Of a stretch of DNA of 28,506 nt, positions 25,367-28,506 are shown piece after piece. The notes beneath the pieces were generated by a model. That model searched no databases and was not told where the DNA came from. It saw only the letters and a list, made by a program, of their open reading frames with translations. The first letter of the stretch is position 1, and each line of letters begins with the position of its first letter. The position numbers and the translations under genes are program-made. The stretch is from a virus (lineage: Duplodnaviria; Caudoviricetes), in the IMG/VR virus record IMGVR_UViG_3300047564_004945, positions 1 to 28,506 of that record. One strand, 5' to 3'.

Positions 25367-27498
25367 ATTGGAAAGATGTACCTGGATTTTTTGATTCAGA
25401 TTTAGCATATAAGTTAGCGGTAAATACTTTTCCAGAAGGATCTGTCTTTGTTGAGATAGGTTCTTGGATGGGAAAATCTGCATCTTGTTTGGGGCAATTG
25501 ATTAAAGAGACCCAGAAAAGTATAAAAGTTTATGCGGTCGATACATTTGAAGGTAGCGAAGAACATGTAGAACTTATTAGAGATATTGAGGATCATTCAT
25601 CTTCTTTATTAGATTTGTTTAAAACATATACTTCTTTGTGTGGAGTATCAAATATTGTGACTCCTATTCAGGGAGCAAGTTTAGATGTGGTATCTAAATT
25701 TAAAGATGAAAGTATTGATTTTATTTTTATTGATGCCTCACATGATTATGAAAATGTTTTGGCAGATATTACTGCTTGGTATCCTAAACTTAAACCAGGT
25801 GGAATGATTGCAGGAGATGATTATGCCCCATGCTGGGGCGGAGTCATTCAAGCAGTTAACGAATACTTTAAAAATAAAACCGTATTTTTTCTAAATGGAA
25901 ATTTAGAATATACATATTCACAGAAAATTTGGCACTGGTGTCATACTAAACAATCAAATGAGGGTAAAAAAATGGATGTAACACTTTATGCAATTTGTAA
26001 AAATGAAGAAAGTAATGTTGAAAAATTTATTGAGAATTCAAAAAAGTTTTCACATACTGTAGTAGTTGATACTGGAAGCACTGATAATACGGTTCAACTT
26101 CTGAAAGATGCCGGTATTACTGTATACGAGCACCCACAAACCAGAGAAGAATTTGATTTCTCTGCCGCAAGAAATCAGGCACTTTCTTATGTTGAAACTG
26201 ATTGGGCATTCTCTGTAGATTTTAATGAGGAAATTTCGGACTTATTTGTTGATGGTCTTGAAGTAATTTCTGATGAATTTACTGCCTTTAAACATGAGAG
26301 ATATGATAAAGAGGGGGAAAATGAACCAACACTTGGACAGTCTGCTCATGTTCGTTTTCATAGAACTAAAAACTATACATGGGCAAGTGCAATTCATGAA
26401 ACACCAATGTTCATTCCAACAGAAAATCATTTGAATGAAGTCACTGTTGATACGACTATTAAAATCACTAAAGAAGTAGAACCCCCGACCGTAGATAAGC
26501 AATTATTCTATCTTTCTATTTGCGAAAGAGAGTATGCTAAAGATCCATCAAACACTTATTTCCTTTGGTTTATTCTTAAGCATTATTCCGATGTTAAAAA
26601 CTTTGATAAGGCAATTGAACTCGGGCAGAAATATTTAAATATTTCTAAACCATACTCTGATCCAAATAGAGTTAATGTTTTTATCATGACCAGTGTTGCA
26701 TTGTTAAGATCTGGAAACCTTCAACAGGCAGCAAATTATTCATTCCATGCACTCAGTGAGGCAATGAACTTTGATCAAAATTATATGGGATTGGCCTTTA
26801 CGAATCTATTAGAACTTGGTAAGTTAACACAAAATCCTAATATCATTGTATTTGCCACGGCATTTAGTTCGGAGACATTATCATTGACTGATAGGCACAA
26901 TGCGATTGATAAGTTGTTCCTGACAAATCTTGATGATACTCCTGCAACGGCATGGGGTGGACATCGTCAATTTGCTGAATGGATTGTTAAGTATCTTAAC
27001 CCTGAAGTAACCGTTGATCTTGGTGTTGATTATGGATTCTCCACGTTCTCTTTTGCTATTCCCAGAATTGGAAAGGTTTATGGCATCGATAACTTTAGTG
27101 GAGATGATTTTGTCGGAGAGGTAAATGCATATCCATTTGTATCTATGAAGAGAGAGAAACTACATCTTCAGGATAATTTGGAGTTCATTAATGGTGACTT
27201 TAACGAAGTGGCAAAAACCTGGGATAAGAAAATTGATATCCTTCACATTGATGGCAGTCATCATTATGATGATGTAAAGAAAGATTTTGAGACATGGAGT
27301 AAGTTCGTTAAAGATGATGGGGTAATTTTACTTCATGATACCTGTATTGAAAATCTAAATGGAAATGAGTATGGAGTTAAAAAATTCTTTGATGAAATTG
27401 ATTTACCTAAGGTAACTTTTACTCATTGCTATGGTCTTGGTGTAGTTTCAAAGAACAAAGATTTAATTGAAGCAGTTAAATCTACATTCAATCTGTGA
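25363..27498 (+). CDS. Multidomain fusion: class I SAM methyltransferase (Methyltransf_24-like) + GT2 glycosyltransferase + TPR-like + second Methyltransf_24-like domain
   Basis: N-terminal VEIGSWMGKS...AVDTFEG...IDFIFIDASHDYE...LKPGG..AGDDY. Middle LYAICKNEE...VVVDTGSTDNT...FDFSAARNQAL...SVDFNE...IHE. Helical region. C-terminal VDLGVDYGFS...IDILHIDGSHHYDDVKKDF...LLHD. ORF-track start 25348 is TTG; ATG 25363 (ATGA overlap) is preferred. Confidence 0.85.
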   Translation: MNWKDVPGFFDSDLAYKLAVNTFPEGSVFVEIGSWMGKSASCLGQLIKETQKSIKVYAVDTFEGSEEHVELIRDIEDHSSSLLDLFKTYTSLCGVSNIVTPIQGASLDVVSKFKDESIDFIFIDASHDYENVLADITAWYPKLKPGGMIAGDDYAPCWGGVIQAVNEYFKNKTVFFLNGNLEYTYSQKIWHWCHTKQSNEGKKMDVTLYAICKNEESNVEKFIENSKKFSHTVVVDTGSTDNTVQLLKDAGITVYEHPQTREEFDFSAARNQALSYVETDWAFSVDFNEEISDLFVDGLEVISDEFTAFKHERYDKEGENEPTLGQSAHVRFHRTKNYTWASAIHETPMFIPTENHLNEVTVDTTIKITKEVEPPTVDKQLFYLSICEREYAKDPSNTYFLWFILKHYSDVKNFDKAIELGQKYLNISKPYSDPNRVNVFIMTSVALLRSGNLQQAANYSFHALSEAMNFDQNYMGLAFTNLLELGKLTQNPNIIVFATAFSSETLSLTDRHNAIDKLFLTNLDDTPATAWGGHRQFAEWIVKYLNPEVTVDLGVDYGFSTFSFAIPRIGKVYGIDNFSGDDFVGEVNAYPFVSMKREKLHLQDNLEFINGDFNEVAKTWDKKIDILHIDGSHHYDDVKKDFETWSKFVKDDGVILLHDTCIENLNGNEYGVKKFFDEIDLPKVTFTHCYGLGVVSKNKDLIEAVKSTFNL

Positions 27499-28268
27499 AG
27501 ATAGTAATTGAAAATGGTTTATGGGAAACTGATTTTTTGCTGAAAGAAATTTTACCAAAAGGAGAAGTTTCCCATAATTTGAATGAGAGTTCTGAGGTTT
27601 TAATTTTTGCTTCCAGAGCACATTCATTTAATGAGATTTTATCAATAGTTGAAAAATCAAAACCAAAGATTATAATTTGCCTGTCTGATGAGTTAATTGT
27701 AGAAAACTTGCAACAATTTAATGAGTTAGGTAATTATTGTGATTTGTTTCTGAGACAATATCATCATCCACAGTATACATATACTTCAAATACAATCCAT
27801 ATTCCTCTTGGATATACGAATGGGTGTAAAGTTTTTAATGAAAATAAGGTTTTGAATTGGTCTTTTCTTGGTGAAATTAAAAATGACCGACAAGAAATGT
27901 TGAATGAGTTTCATAAGATTTCAAAAAATTTTGTTGGAAGATCTGCTCCAAAAGATTTAATGTGTAAGATATATTCCAAGTCTATTTTTGTTCCTTGTGG
28001 ACGTGGTAATTCTTCATTAGATTGTTTCCGTCTTTATGAGGCATCTATGAATGGTGCTATTCCTGTGGTGGTTGGATCAAAAGAAGAGATAGAATGTACT
28101 TTTAGATATGAAGAAAATCCCCCTTGGGTATTTGCGGAAACTTGGTCTGATGCTGTAGATACTTGTAAAAATCTTTTAGATACTGGATTAAGTAATAAAA
28201 CTGTGATAGACTGGTGGGATAAGAGGTTGGCAAATATTAAAGAAAAAATAAATCAATCATTTAATTGA
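27495..28268 (+). CDS. Exostosin-like (GT47-like) glycosyltransferase
   Basis: WSFLG...R..M; YSKSIFVPCGRGNSSLDCFRLYEASMNGAIPVV matches the exostosin C-terminal signature. GTG start in a GTGA overlap. Confidence 0.75.
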   Translation: MKIVIENGLWETDFLLKEILPKGEVSHNLNESSEVLIFASRAHSFNEILSIVEKSKPKIIICLSDELIVENLQQFNELGNYCDLFLRQYHHPQYTYTSNTIHIPLGYTNGCKVFNENKVLNWSFLGEIKNDRQEMLNEFHKISKNFVGRSAPKDLMCKIYSKSIFVPCGRGNSSLDCFRLYEASMNGAIPVVVGSKEEIECTFRYEENPPWVFAETWSDAVDTCKNLLDTGLSNKTVIDWWDKRLANIKEKINQSFN

Positions 28269-28270
28269 GT

Positions 28271-28278
28271 AATAAATA
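28271..28278 (+). promoter_or_regulatory. Candidate T4-like late promoter (AATAAATA)
   Basis: NATAAATA directly after the stop at 28268, in an AT-rich gap. Confidence 0.35.
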
Positions 28279-28284
28279 TTTAAA

Positions 28285-28310
28285 ACAAATTATATAATTT
28301 GTGTTATAAT
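28285..28310 (+). promoter_or_regulatory. Extended -10 promoter (TG-T-TATAAT, 28302-28310) overlapped by a perfect 18-bp palindrome (28285-28302)
   Basis: ACAAATTATATAATTTGT is its own reverse complement; TAATTTGTGTTATAAT matches the motif at 22453. Confidence 0.55.
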
Positions 28311-28334
28311 TAATCGTAATACTTCAAGATTCAC

Positions 28335-28506
28335 ATGACTGCAAATGATAACAATTTCGTAAAACTTGCTATTGAAAACGGTGGAAGCATTCATCCATTG
28401 GTTATACCATCAACAGATTTAAAAGGACCAGCACTTACAAACCCATCAATCTATGTTGATGGAGATAAAATTTTAGTTAATCTAAGAAACATTAACTACA
28501 CGTTAT
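28335..28506 (+). CDS. Hypothetical phage protein, 5' part (truncated by window)
   Basis: Not in the ORF track. ATG 28335 opens MTANDNNFVKLAIENGGSIHPLVIPSTDLKGPALTNPSIYVDGDKILVNLRNINYTL to the window end, downstream of the promoter motifs. Confidence 0.7.
   Translation, partial: MTANDNNFVKLAIENGGSIHPLVIPSTDLKGPALTNPSIYVDGDKILVNLRNINYTL

Noticed and set aside
13892-26502. Short minus-strand ORFs in the enzyme island
   Set aside because: All are antisense to well-supported plus-strand genes, short, and carry no recognisable motifs.
1-28506. tRNA, rRNA, intrinsic terminators, transposases
   Set aside because: Intergenic gaps are at most about 66 bp and AT-rich with no GC-rich hairpin plus U-tract; no such genes were recognised.

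Overview
All-plus-strand, AT-rich, tightly packed segment that looks like a large tailed phage, most plausibly T4-like/cyanophage-like. This origin is inferred from the IGVGTTNP tail-fibre motif, an S74 chaperone, a DUF4376-like gene, NATAAATA late-promoter motifs and phage-type 2OG-Fe(II) oxygenases. The window starts with the 3' end of a tail-fibre gene. Three giant RCC1/BLIP-II-repeat genes (1738, 2291 and 1551 aa) follow, interleaved with a glycan-modification island: TPR-glycosyltransferase, several GT-A-like proteins, an exostosin-like GT, a sulfotransferase, two 2OG-Fe(II) oxygenases, a MTase-GT2-TPR-MTase fusion and a CxxCxxCC protein. The main finding is that the RCC1 repeats are not simple tandem arrays. 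Hand parsing gives 28, 42 and 28 repeats (98 = 14 x 7). Two variant repeats behave like opening (W-ADTP..(P)EDLYTL) and closing (AL-x-DDG-x-N-K-x-LY) brackets. Matching the brackets partitions every protein exactly into 7-bladed propellers inserted inside loops of other propellers, giving a nested and branched 'Russian-doll' architecture. The scaffold is near-invariant, the loops are hypervariable, and there are signs of recent sequence exchange within and between genes. The structural and functional interpretation is inference and needs structure prediction to confirm.
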